Shown here: piece by piece, positions 14,763 through 22,054 of the stretch | How positions within the stretch are numbered: the stretch's first letter is position 1 | How the letters are laid out: each line of letters begins with the position of its first letter | IMG/VR virus record: IMGVR_UViG_3300011878_000001 | Span: 1 to 35,502 of that record | Source of the DNA: a virus | DNA: 35,502 bases | Reading direction: 5' to 3' (one strand) | The notes under the pieces: model-generated | Databases searched by the model: none | Told to the model about the DNA's origin: nothing | Seen by the model: the letters and a program-made list of their open reading frames with translations, nothing else | Program-made: the position numbers and the translations under genes

Positions 14763-14785
14763 TGTACACATTCCTGTACACATTC
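14763..14785 (+). repeat. Arm-type repeat pair TGTACACATTC x2, int-distal
   Basis: TGTACACATTC at 14763-14773 and 14775-14785 (12-bp period), in the same orientation as the proximal pair. Confidence 0.7.
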
Positions 14786-14813
14786 AAATATATGCCTTAT
14801 TTCAGTATAAGCA

Positions 14814-14838
14814 AAAAGTCCTCACTAGGAGGACTTTT
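14814..14838 (-). terminator. Terminator ending the late/lysis operon
   Basis: Stem AAAAGTCCTC/GAGGACTTTT with loop ACTAG. It overlaps the last codons and stop of the o-spanin. T-runs on both sides, so it may act in both directions. No CACCCAA box. Confidence 0.7.
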
Positions 14839-15118
14839 CTATAATACTAATTACAGCTGCATGACGTTGACTACAATCTACATACTTTCGTCGATCATCA
14901 ATCATCACTTGGATAATTTCTTTTGCTTGGCCAGATTTAAGTTCCAGCAGATCAGGGCATTCAGTTTTCAGATTTTCCGGAATCACCAGCTTCGTTGATG
15001 AGACGCACCCCGTCATCATCGAAACAAGTATTGATATAAACAGGACGATCAATGACCGTTTGCACTTCACGTGTAATGGTTTCTGATTTGGATCGCTCAA
15101 CTTCTTTTTGTTGTTCAT
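14825..15118 (-). CDS. o-spanin (Rz1-like outer-membrane lipoprotein), partly overlapping the i-spanin gene
   Basis: Lipobox SMMTGC, with the Cys at codon 55 of the track ORF, after the hydrophobic LIVLFISILV. It lies in a different frame from the i-spanin gene, overlaps its 3' end and extends beyond it. The start is uncertain: ATG 15118, or GTG 15070 giving a 22-aa signal peptide. Confidence 0.65.
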   Translation of the reverse strand: MNNKKKLSDPNQKPLHVKCKRSLIVLFISILVSMMTGCVSSTKLVIPENLKTECPDLLELKSGQAKEIIQVMIDDRRKYVDCSQRHAAVISIIEKSS

Positions 15119-15347
15119 AATTCTTTGCTGCCTCGTTTGCATTTTTCTGCCCCTGTTTTTCAGCATCAAGGTATGGCTTCAGTTTTTTATCGGTCTTGTC
15201 CTGACAGATAATTTCTGCATTCAGTACCTTGTATTCTGCCTGGGTACGTTTGTACTTCTGCCAACCACCCCAAACGGCGATAGCAATCAGCAGCGCTAAA
15301 AGAAAATAAATAATTAGTTCATAAAACTTGGCGATAAAGGCTGACAT
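14961..15347 (-). CDS. i-spanin (Rz-like, N-terminal TM plus coiled coil)
   Basis: ATG 15347 in a TGATG overlap with the endolysin stop. TM segment IIYFLLALLIAIAVWGGW. Charged helical periplasmic region. Confidence 0.7.
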   Translation of the reverse strand: MSAFIAKFYELIIYFLLALLIAIAVWGGWQKYKRTQAEYKVLNAEIICQDKTDKKLKPYLDAEKQGQKNANEAAKNYEQQKEVERSKSETITREVQTVIDRPVYINTCFDDDGVRLINEAGDSGKSEN

Positions 15348-15889
15348 CAGTTCACCCCCATGCACTTGTTATAGCGCTCAACTTGTCTGGTCCACACGCC
15401 ATAGCAATTGTTAGAACGAATACTGCAGTCGCGCTTGGCCACATACTTCCATTTCAAAAGTGATTTACACGCCTGGATATATTCACGCGCTTTTAAATGA
15501 CGAAGCATGGAAGATCCAGACCACGCACTGGTGCCGTACTGATAGGTGAAATCCAGATAGAGATCATATTCAGGTTGTGAGATTGGAATATTTAGAACGG
15601 TTTTATTGAACCGTTGTGCGTCTTTATCCATGTGCAATTTGAGATACTCAAACGCCTGTTTGCGATCAATTGCTGGATCGTTCATTTTGACGCGCACGCC
15701 ATTCGGATAAACCGTGGTGCCATGGCCAATGGTTGGCACATCGCCTTTAACTGGAATCACCGGCTTAGGTGTAAACCCCTCTTTTACAGCCGTTGCCTGC
15801 ACCTGCTCATCACTCGGACCTGTAATCCACACTCCTGCAGCAAGTACCAGAGAAGAACCAATCACGTAATATTTAGTTTTATTAGACAT
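15347..15889 (-). CDS. Endolysin, GH24-type lysozyme with an N-terminal SAR or signal-anchor segment
   Basis: ATG 15889 (TAATG overlap with the holin stop, AGGAAG SD). Weakly hydrophobic Gly/Ala/Ser-rich segment YYVIGSSLVLAAGVWITG. TIGHGTT...DLYLDFTYQYG pattern of phage lysozymes. Confidence 0.75.
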   Translation of the reverse strand: MSNKTKYYVIGSSLVLAAGVWITGPSDEQVQATAVKEGFTPKPVIPVKGDVPTIGHGTTVYPNGVRVKMNDPAIDRKQAFEYLKLHMDKDAQRFNKTVLNIPISQPEYDLYLDFTYQYGTSAWSGSSMLRHLKAREYIQACKSLLKWKYVAKRDCSIRSNNCYGVWTRQVERYNKCMGVN

Positions 15890-16137
15890 TAGACTTCCTC
15901 TCTCCATTGCTTGATCCGGAGCTGGTGAATCTCATTAGCACGTTTATTCTCAAGTCGCTTGTAGTACCAATTCACAGCAAAGCCACCCAATGCAATAGCG
16001 ATACCCAACCAAGCCAGGACGTCGATTGATGCAAGGTATGCCACGAAACCAGAAGCAGCCCCTGCATATGTTGTTTTTGAAGCAGCGGAGGAAACGGTTG
16101 CTGCCATTTCCATTACTGCTGATTTCTGATCGGACAT
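15889..16137 (-). CDS. Holin (82 aa, two TM segments, alternative starts M1/M9/M11)
   Basis: TM segments GFVAYLASIDVLAWLGIAIALGGFAV, a charged C-terminus, and a position immediately upstream of the endolysin. Confidence 0.7.
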   Translation of the reverse strand: MSDQKSAVMEMAATVSSAASKTTYAGAASGFVAYLASIDVLAWLGIAIALGGFAVNWYYKRLENKRANEIHQLRIKQWREEV

Positions 16138-16160
16138 GCCGCCACCATTATTTTTGACAT

Positions 16161-16214
16161 TAAAAAACCCTGATCTAATTAAAGGTCAGGGTTGAAGGTG
16201 GTTTGTTGGGTGTT
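16161..16214 (-). terminator. Box-terminator module copy 2 (between acyltransferase and holin)
   Basis: Minus-strand reading: TAA, CACCCAACAAACC (box 16214-16200), stem AACCCTGA/TCAGGGTT (16193-16166), T6, then ATG 16160 of a 15-codon mini-ORF. Confidence 0.75.
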
Positions 16215-17295
16215 ATTTATTAGATATTCTTTTGCCTATTTGTATAAATCGATCTTCAATGTGTTTTCTGGTAAACATCGATATAAAGATCACTACCCCC
16301 AATATTAAAAATGGTAAAATATTATTCAATAAAAGATTATTTAAATCCATCATCCATATGCCATTAACTTTGGAAGCAAAATTAAAACCAAGTTTTGAAA
16401 GCAATACAAAAACTGAAAGCAATACAGTGATAATAAAATAATGCACTATATAAATAGAAAATGAGAGTTCTCCCATTTTTTTAAAGAACTTAATCTTTAA
16501 TGCTTTTGATATCACACCATTCTCATGAGCAAATGCATACACTACAAAAGAAAATAAGAACGGTGCTATAGCAGATCCATAAGGAATTTCTTTAAACTGC
16601 GTAACAAACCACACTACAATAAAGACTAAAATAATCTCAAGAAACTTACTGCTAATCTTTACTTTCTGGTAGATCATACAGGAAATCACTCCAGCAAAAA
16701 AGCAGCTCAAGCCACGATAAGCCCAATGTGTTGTGAGCTCATAATTAAATATCAAGCCCAACACACCAAATATCATTAAGATAAAACTAAAGATAAAAAT
16801 ATTTTTTCTAAATACTAATAATCCCACAAGAAATATCATGTATAGGTAAAATTCCACACTAATTGACCAGGCAGGACCATTAAATGACAGAGCATCAAAA
16901 GATGGAAGCCAAGCTTGTATAAGTATTAAATTGGGAATAATTTCAGAGTATGCGTTCTTTCCAGTAAATGGCTCTATCGGAAAATTTAAATGAAATATCT
17001 TGCTTAACACTAATAACGTTAAGTGCATTAAAATAAATACTGATAGCATAAACCAATGCATAGGAACTATTCTAAAAAACCTACTAACCAAATATTTTTT
17101 TGTATCAATTTTAGATTTATTTAGATAAGAGTGGGCTAAAACAAAACCGCTTAATACGAAGAAAAATTCAACAAAAATGCTGCTATTTCTAAAAAAATTA
17201 AGATCAGTAAATGCACCTAATATATTCAAATGAAAAAAAACTACGAGGATTGCACACACGCCTCTTAATGAATCTAGAGCTTCAAACCTTCCCAT
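16213..17295 (-). CDS. Acyltransferase-3 family integral membrane protein (O-antigen/capsule O-acetylase-like), a lysogenic-conversion candidate
   Basis: 360 aa with about 10 hydrophobic segments. N-terminal LDSLRGVCAILVVFFH and later FFVLSGF motifs typical of acyltransferase_3 (Oac-like) proteins. GC about 22-30% on sampled lines, versus roughly 45% or more in neighbouring genes (counted by eye). Confidence 0.8.
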   Translation of the reverse strand: MGRFEALDSLRGVCAILVVFFHLNILGAFTDLNFFRNSSIFVEFFFVLSGFVLAHSYLNKSKIDTKKYLVSRFFRIVPMHWFMLSVFILMHLTLLVLSKIFHLNFPIEPFTGKNAYSEIIPNLILIQAWLPSFDALSFNGPAWSISVEFYLYMIFLVGLLVFRKNIFIFSFILMIFGVLGLIFNYELTTHWAYRGLSCFFAGVISCMIYQKVKISSKFLEIILVFIVVWFVTQFKEIPYGSAIAPFLFSFVVYAFAHENGVISKALKIKFFKKMGELSFSIYIVHYFIITVLLSVFVLLSKLGFNFASKVNGIWMMDLNNLLLNNILPFLILGVVIFISMFTRKHIEDRFIQIGKRISNK

Positions 17296-17362
17296 CTTAT
17301 GATTACTTTATTAGAAAAATTATTGAATTATATCTTAATTAATATTGATACTGTTAGATGTA

Positions 17363-17380
17363 AGAGCCCCGAAGGGCTTT
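17363..17380 (-). other. Hairpin with a UUCG tetraloop after the tailspike stop, no U-tract
   Basis: Minus-strand AAAGCCC-TTCG-GGGCTCTT. It is followed by the AT-rich leader of the acyltransferase gene, which contains a perfect TATAAT (17332-17327). Confidence 0.55.
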
Positions 17381-17383
17381 AAG

Positions 17384-19990
17384 TTACAGAAGTTTTACTG
17401 TTAGTGTTCCGCTTGCTAGATCAACTGCACCAAGACCTGTGTTTCGGAACTTCACCGTAACTGTATTTGCAGCACTAACAACAGCGGTAATCTCAATATC
17501 TGCGTTATACACACTAAAAGTAGCTAAAACACCATCCCCCAGAGCAGCATTGGGCACTGTAACATCGCGCGTTACTGCTGAATTAGCAGGGATGCTTGGG
17601 GGGTCGTAGGTAAGTGAAACTGCGCGAGAATCATTCCCAGAGTAGCGAAGGGAGCCGCCTGTACCAACCGTAATTAAAGGCTTACCTAGAAATGTATTTC
17701 TTGTGACAGTTGCTTGAATATACTTGTTACCCAGCGCAGAGATGAGCTTCTCCCCTGTATAAAAACCTGACAATAATGTTACACCACTTATTGTCACTGG
17801 AACGATGGTAGTCACGCCATCATCTTTAATAGTGATAAAATTGGATAGAGTCCCAAGAACATTACCACCCAGTACAGTTAAGCTTGTAGCGTAACCCTCA
17901 AAAAACCAGCCCTTAGTTACTTTTGGGTATTCTATAAGAATGTCTCCGTATTTAACATTACTATTCCTTAGAAAGCCGTTGACGCTTGAGAACGTACAGT
18001 TAATACCATGAAACTTGTTTACAATAGCACCCCCCACGAAAGGACACGCATAGGGCATCGCAACATTATCAAAAAAGACATCGTTGTACGTGAAATTGTA
18101 AGAGTTAATATAGTCTTGCAGCTCTGAATTATAAATCTTAAGCTTATCAACGCCACACCAAAATATTGTTTTCCCGATGCGATGGTTCCTGATAATCAAA
18201 TTATTAATATGTACATCACTCGATAATTCAGTTGGGGGAGCCACATACCAACGAACCTCTCCACGTACATCATCAAGAATAAGTGTATCAAGTGTAGGTT
18301 TACCCATGTTTTGCCGAACAACAGCAGCATACGGTGTTCCATCTGTGTATTTTACAGAGGAGATATTCTTAAACTCTTGCCGACTTTGCTTGTAAACAAA
18401 TCCACCAGTGCCGACTTCTTGTTCCTCTTGGAATAAATTTGTAACCAATAGCCTGCCCGATCCTGTATGCAGGTCATTACGAAAAACACCATGCACATTC
18501 TCAGCATACAGATCATCGCACCAGTGCCAGAGATAAAGACCCCAGTATTCACCTTTCGAATTGGTTATACGCTGACGCTCACACCAAAAATTTGTTGCCA
18601 AGTTGTAGGAGATGGCAGGAGAAATAAAGTTTACATTATTGTACTCGATAGAGTACCCAGTCATAAACCGTTGATTATCAGGCCAAGCAACCGGAAATTC
18701 ACCGTGCCATGCCGCAACAAACCCGTGCATACTTCCATCGCCATCACCGCTTGTTGGATGCAACAAGAAATCACTAACGTAAGGGTCGAAAGTTACATTA
18801 TCCAGCTTAAATACGCCACGCCCGTCAGTTTTAGGCAAAAACCCAATACAGATTGTGTTATAGCGCAACTGCTTTGTTTTATCGTGCGTAATATGGAGGT
18901 TCTTAATGATGTGTGGCTTATTAAAAATCATACCCTTTAAGAATCTATAAACACCAGTCTTAATAGCCTGTTCAAGATTCGGTGTCATGATCTTAAAGTT
19001 CAGGAAGTCGATTTCATAAACACGACTATCAGCATAGGCGATCATTCGGCGCAGTTCTTCAGTCTGATCTAGCGTTGCATTATCTAAAATCCCGAACTTT
19101 CGGATGTCAAAAGAATCACGAAAAACCGCATGTAGACCATTCGCAAGAGGGATTGAATAATCAGTGCTTGTTGCTGAGATAAGATAGACAGCCCCACCAT
19201 CATCAAATATATTGTGATAGCCTTTGGTGCCAACAATCACCCCGTCTGTGAGCTTTATATCGGCGATCATTTGTGCCACCGTCGTATAGAAATAAGCAGT
19301 GTTGTTGTTGATCTCCTGCTGATTTTTTCCATTCGCATCCACTACTAAACTAGCTAACCACCCCTTTTCAGCAGCAATGTTCGCAATACCTTGCAGTAGA
19401 TGTTTGTAGTAACTGTCAAGCTGCTGAAGCGACACACCCTGTTGATTGATAAGATTTTCAAAATAAGAATTTTGGTTATTATTCTGCCGATCAACGTGAG
19501 TGCGAAGATTATCAATATCTGAAGATAGTAAGCCATCCTGCTGATTCACATAATTGCGCAAATCGGAAATGATATTGCGGACAAGCTGATCCTTATTATC
19601 GATATAGTCTTTCTGCTCGCCATGCAGCCGATCCACATAGATCCGCAGAAGCATGTCTGCTACACCAAGCTCCTGTAGTTTCAACCAGACGCGATCGATA
19701 TCACCATTCAGCACCTTAGGTGTCATTGAATTATTGGTTGATTGGTAGTTTGTGGTGCGAGACATAGGCGTATTGCGCTGCAATACAATTTTTGAACCAG
19801 CAGCTGGCGCTACACTAAACGTCACACTATTGGTATTTGCATTAAAAGACCATGCTGATAATTCAGGAACTATGCCATCAATAGTGACCTTTAGATGATC
19901 TTTAGATTCACAGATAAATTCCAACGTAAATGTCTTGGTTACACCATTCCCATCATATTCTTTATACGGTGTCTGTTCTGGTACAGCCAT
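17384..19990 (-). CDS. Tailspike/tail fibre: T7 gp17-type N-terminal adaptor domain plus a probable polysaccharide depolymerase body
   Basis: The first ~115 aa (YKEYDGNGVTKTFTLEF...VLQRNTP...LNGDIDRVWLKLQELG) match the T7 tail-fibre N-terminal pattern (from memory). Coiled-coil neck. The long beta-rich central region is typical of capsule or O-antigen depolymerase tailspikes. Confidence 0.8.
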   Translation of the reverse strand: MAVPEQTPYKEYDGNGVTKTFTLEFICESKDHLKVTIDGIVPELSAWSFNANTNSVTFSVAPAAGSKIVLQRNTPMSRTTNYQSTNNSMTPKVLNGDIDRVWLKLQELGVADMLLRIYVDRLHGEQKDYIDNKDQLVRNIISDLRNYVNQQDGLLSSDIDNLRTHVDRQNNNQNSYFENLINQQGVSLQQLDSYYKHLLQGIANIAAEKGWLASLVVDANGKNQQEINNNTAYFYTTVAQMIADIKLTDGVIVGTKGYHNIFDDGGAVYLISATSTDYSIPLANGLHAVFRDSFDIRKFGILDNATLDQTEELRRMIAYADSRVYEIDFLNFKIMTPNLEQAIKTGVYRFLKGMIFNKPHIIKNLHITHDKTKQLRYNTICIGFLPKTDGRGVFKLDNVTFDPYVSDFLLHPTSGDGDGSMHGFVAAWHGEFPVAWPDNQRFMTGYSIEYNNVNFISPAISYNLATNFWCERQRITNSKGEYWGLYLWHWCDDLYAENVHGVFRNDLHTGSGRLLVTNLFQEEQEVGTGGFVYKQSRQEFKNISSVKYTDGTPYAAVVRQNMGKPTLDTLILDDVRGEVRWYVAPPTELSSDVHINNLIIRNHRIGKTIFWCGVDKLKIYNSELQDYINSYNFTYNDVFFDNVAMPYACPFVGGAIVNKFHGINCTFSSVNGFLRNSNVKYGDILIEYPKVTKGWFFEGYATSLTVLGGNVLGTLSNFITIKDDGVTTIVPVTISGVTLLSGFYTGEKLISALGNKYIQATVTRNTFLGKPLITVGTGGSLRYSGNDSRAVSLTYDPPSIPANSAVTRDVTVPNAALGDGVLATFSVYNADIEITAVVSAANTVTVKFRNTGLGAVDLASGTLTVKLL

Positions 19991-20000
19991 GAGAAGCCCC

Positions 20001-21647
20001 TCAATTAAAGTCTAATGGGGCCTCAATCGAGCCTCCATCTTTTCTCCAATTAACGCCTTCACGAACTTCGTTTTGTCTGTGTATTTTGCCAATACGTTCT
20101 GGTGAATCTGTTACAGCGCCAGCCAATGAGTCCAGATCGTCATCTGGCTGCTCAGTGATTGCAGGGTTAAACATGCGCATATTTTTATATTGTCTTGAGC
20201 TATTCTCGCCTTCTTCTGGTGTATCAATCACTGAGGTATGCACCCATAACAGGCCAGACATTAAAGGTCCTTCCAGTGCCTCAAGAATGCGTCTATTTTT
20301 ATTGCCAACGCTGTGTTCTTCTTTTACACCGCAACGGATACGGCGTGCTTTTAACGCGCCTTTTAGGGCTGCCGGGGCAAAGTTACCAATGCCATTAGTC
20401 TCAATCGTTACGCTTGGCACGTTGAATTGCTCAATCAGATCGCAAAGCTGCCAGACCTGACCACCAACGATATTTCCTTGTGCATCATGGGTAACGACTT
20501 CACCTGTCAGTGCAACAGATCTATGCCAGTACTTCACACCAAAATCATCATGAAGTACTAATGCAGTTGAGGAAATATCAGATTTCAGCTTTCCAGATGA
20601 TGGATCCCATCGCATGGTGATGCCGACAATTTGACGATCACCCAGCATCATGATGTACTGACCGTTGGCGCGTCGAAGTACTGGCTCGCAGTTATAAACT
20701 TCCATCTTGTCCGGATCAAGTCGAACTTCGCCCACCGGCTTGGCATGCATCTGGTACTGTGAATCCCATTCGTTTAATGTCCGGCATTCTCTACGGCGCT
20801 CTTCCATAATTTGTGGTGTAAATCTTTCTGGCCATAGAGCTTCGCCATAAAGGTCAATCAGATAATGTTTTTCTTTAAATACTATTTTGAATGTATTACC
20901 TATTTTAAAAACCGCATAATCTTCATCACGTTTTAATAGTTTGGCTGAATGACTGATGCCACTAAAAATATAAACAGGGTCAAAATCACTGAGGCAATCA
21001 CTTACATTTTCAAAGCGTTTTTCTAATTCAAACATTTTAAGAATCATGCATTTCGCCCCTTTCTTTTTAACTTCTGTGTAAAGTGAATCGTGCGTATGTG
21101 GTGTGCCCACAAATAGTTTTTGTCCACCTGGTATAAGAATGTGGGTCTGCTCTGAAATTCGATAGCGTAGTTTTTCACGCGCTTCAGGTGTACCGATATT
21201 GGCTGGCATTTCGATATCATCATTTTGGATTTCATGAGCACGTGCACCAGTTACGTTGGATAGAATCCCACGCGCATGCAATGAGCCATGACGGACATCA
21301 TCCGACCCATTGACCCACCATTTTTGAAGTTCACCACGTGCCTTGTATACACCTATAATCTGGCAAAGTGGATGCTTTTCGATAACTTGCTGAGTACCAC
21401 GGCTACACTTTGCAGCATCCCCATCGGTTGCGCCCTGGTGCAAGATCATGTGCTGGCAGTCGCAAAACAGTTTCCAGGCATTGTAAATATCAAGCATGGT
21501 TGATTTGCCGTGACCACGCGGCATCATAAGCAGTCCTAAACTGCCGTAATCCTCCAGGAAGTCGCAAACATCCAGGTGAAAATCTGGTACCTCCCAATTC
21601 ATGGCCTGCGCATAAATCAGGAAGAAAACAGCAAAGCTAACCTTCAT
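20001..21647 (-). CDS. terL: Terminase large subunit, T7 gp19-like
   Basis: Walker A-like PRGHGKST. The N-terminus FAVFFLIYAQAMNWEVPDFHLDVCDFL aligns by eye with T7 gp19 [28 protein letters not shown]...FRGIGKS (from memory). 548 aa. Confidence 0.85.
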   Translation of the reverse strand: MKVSFAVFFLIYAQAMNWEVPDFHLDVCDFLEDYGSLGLLMMPRGHGKSTMLDIYNAWKLFCDCQHMILHQGATDGDAAKCSRGTQQVIEKHPLCQIIGVYKARGELQKWWVNGSDDVRHGSLHARGILSNVTGARAHEIQNDDIEMPANIGTPEAREKLRYRISEQTHILIPGGQKLFVGTPHTHDSLYTEVKKKGAKCMILKMFELEKRFENVSDCLSDFDPVYIFSGISHSAKLLKRDEDYAVFKIGNTFKIVFKEKHYLIDLYGEALWPERFTPQIMEERRRECRTLNEWDSQYQMHAKPVGEVRLDPDKMEVYNCEPVLRRANGQYIMMLGDRQIVGITMRWDPSSGKLKSDISSTALVLHDDFGVKYWHRSVALTGEVVTHDAQGNIVGGQVWQLCDLIEQFNVPSVTIETNGIGNFAPAALKGALKARRIRCGVKEEHSVGNKNRRILEALEGPLMSGLLWVHTSVIDTPEEGENSSRQYKNMRMFNPAITEQPDDDLDSLAGAVTDSPERIGKIHRQNEVREGVNWRKDGGSIEAPLDFN

Positions 21648-21650
21648 AAC

Positions 21651-21989
21651 TTAACTCGGACGCTGTTTTTTACGTTCGTTAAGTGCAGCCGTCACATCGG
21701 CCACTAATTTAGCCGCTTGTGCTTCTGGTGATACCTTCCGACCAGTCCCATCACCCGCTGTCTGCTCATCATCAAGCAATACGCGGTTTAATTTCTCCAT
21801 ACAGGTCAGGGCTTCTTTCGCACCTTTGTATAACCAGACCTTATCTCCACGGCCTTTCTTGTCGAAAACATCCTGACCATAAGCTTCGGTCATCAGATCC
21901 ACGGCATCCGATCCAGCCATTTCCATACAGAGTTTTAATTTCTCTATTGTTTCAGGTTTTAAAAAACGTAACTTCTTTTCATCTGACAT
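21651..21989 (-). CDS. terS: Terminase small subunit (by position, T7 gp18 equivalent)
   Basis: 112 aa, 3 nt upstream of terL. No motif recognised. Confidence 0.45.
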   Translation of the reverse strand: MSDEKKLRFLKPETIEKLKLCMEMAGSDAVDLMTEAYGQDVFDKKGRGDKVWLYKGAKEALTCMEKLNRVLLDDEQTAGDGTGRKVSPEAQAAKLVADVTAALNERKKQRPS

Positions 21990-22049
21990 AAAAAATCCCC
22001 CGTATATAAGCCATATATACAGGGGGTTCGGTTGGGCTTAATTGGGTGT
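21990..22049 (-). terminator. Box-terminator module copy 5 (degenerate box) before terS
   Basis: Minus-strand reading: ACACCCAATTAAGCCCAACC (22049-22030), stem CCCCCTGTATATA/TATATACGGGGG with a 1-nt bulge (22026-21997), A, T6, then ATG 21989. Confidence 0.7.
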
Positions 22050-22054
22050 CCTAC

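Larger units (their letters stand above)
14442..14813. promoter_or_regulatory. Putative attP region with the int promoter
   Basis: A 370-bp AT-rich non-coding stretch between int and the end of the lysis operon. It contains direct TGTACACA repeats in two clusters, ATGCCTTAT at both edges (14461-14469, 14792-14800), a direct repeat CTTTGTTGRACTTT(G)AAAA (14543-14560, 14628-14646) and an inverted repeat ATTTAAATAAT/ATTATTTAAAT (14718-14728, 14742-14752). Confidence 0.6.

Noticed and set aside
14442-14824. tRNA or tmRNA fragment in the attP region (expected for P4-type integrases)
   Set aside because: I could not find a T-arm (GGTTCGAAT-like) or an acceptor-stem/CCA pattern on either strand by eye. 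This is left open, not called. It needs tRNAscan or a BLAST search against the host.
14762-14998. Plus-strand ORF (78 aa) spanning attP and the spanin genes
   Set aside because: It starts inside the arm-type repeats, crosses the terminator hairpin and runs antisense to the spanin genes. Low-complexity composition.
17384-19990. Diversity-generating retroelement or other hypervariation system acting on the tailspike C-terminus
   Set aside because: There is no reverse transcriptase ORF and no template or variable repeat pair anywhere in the genome.
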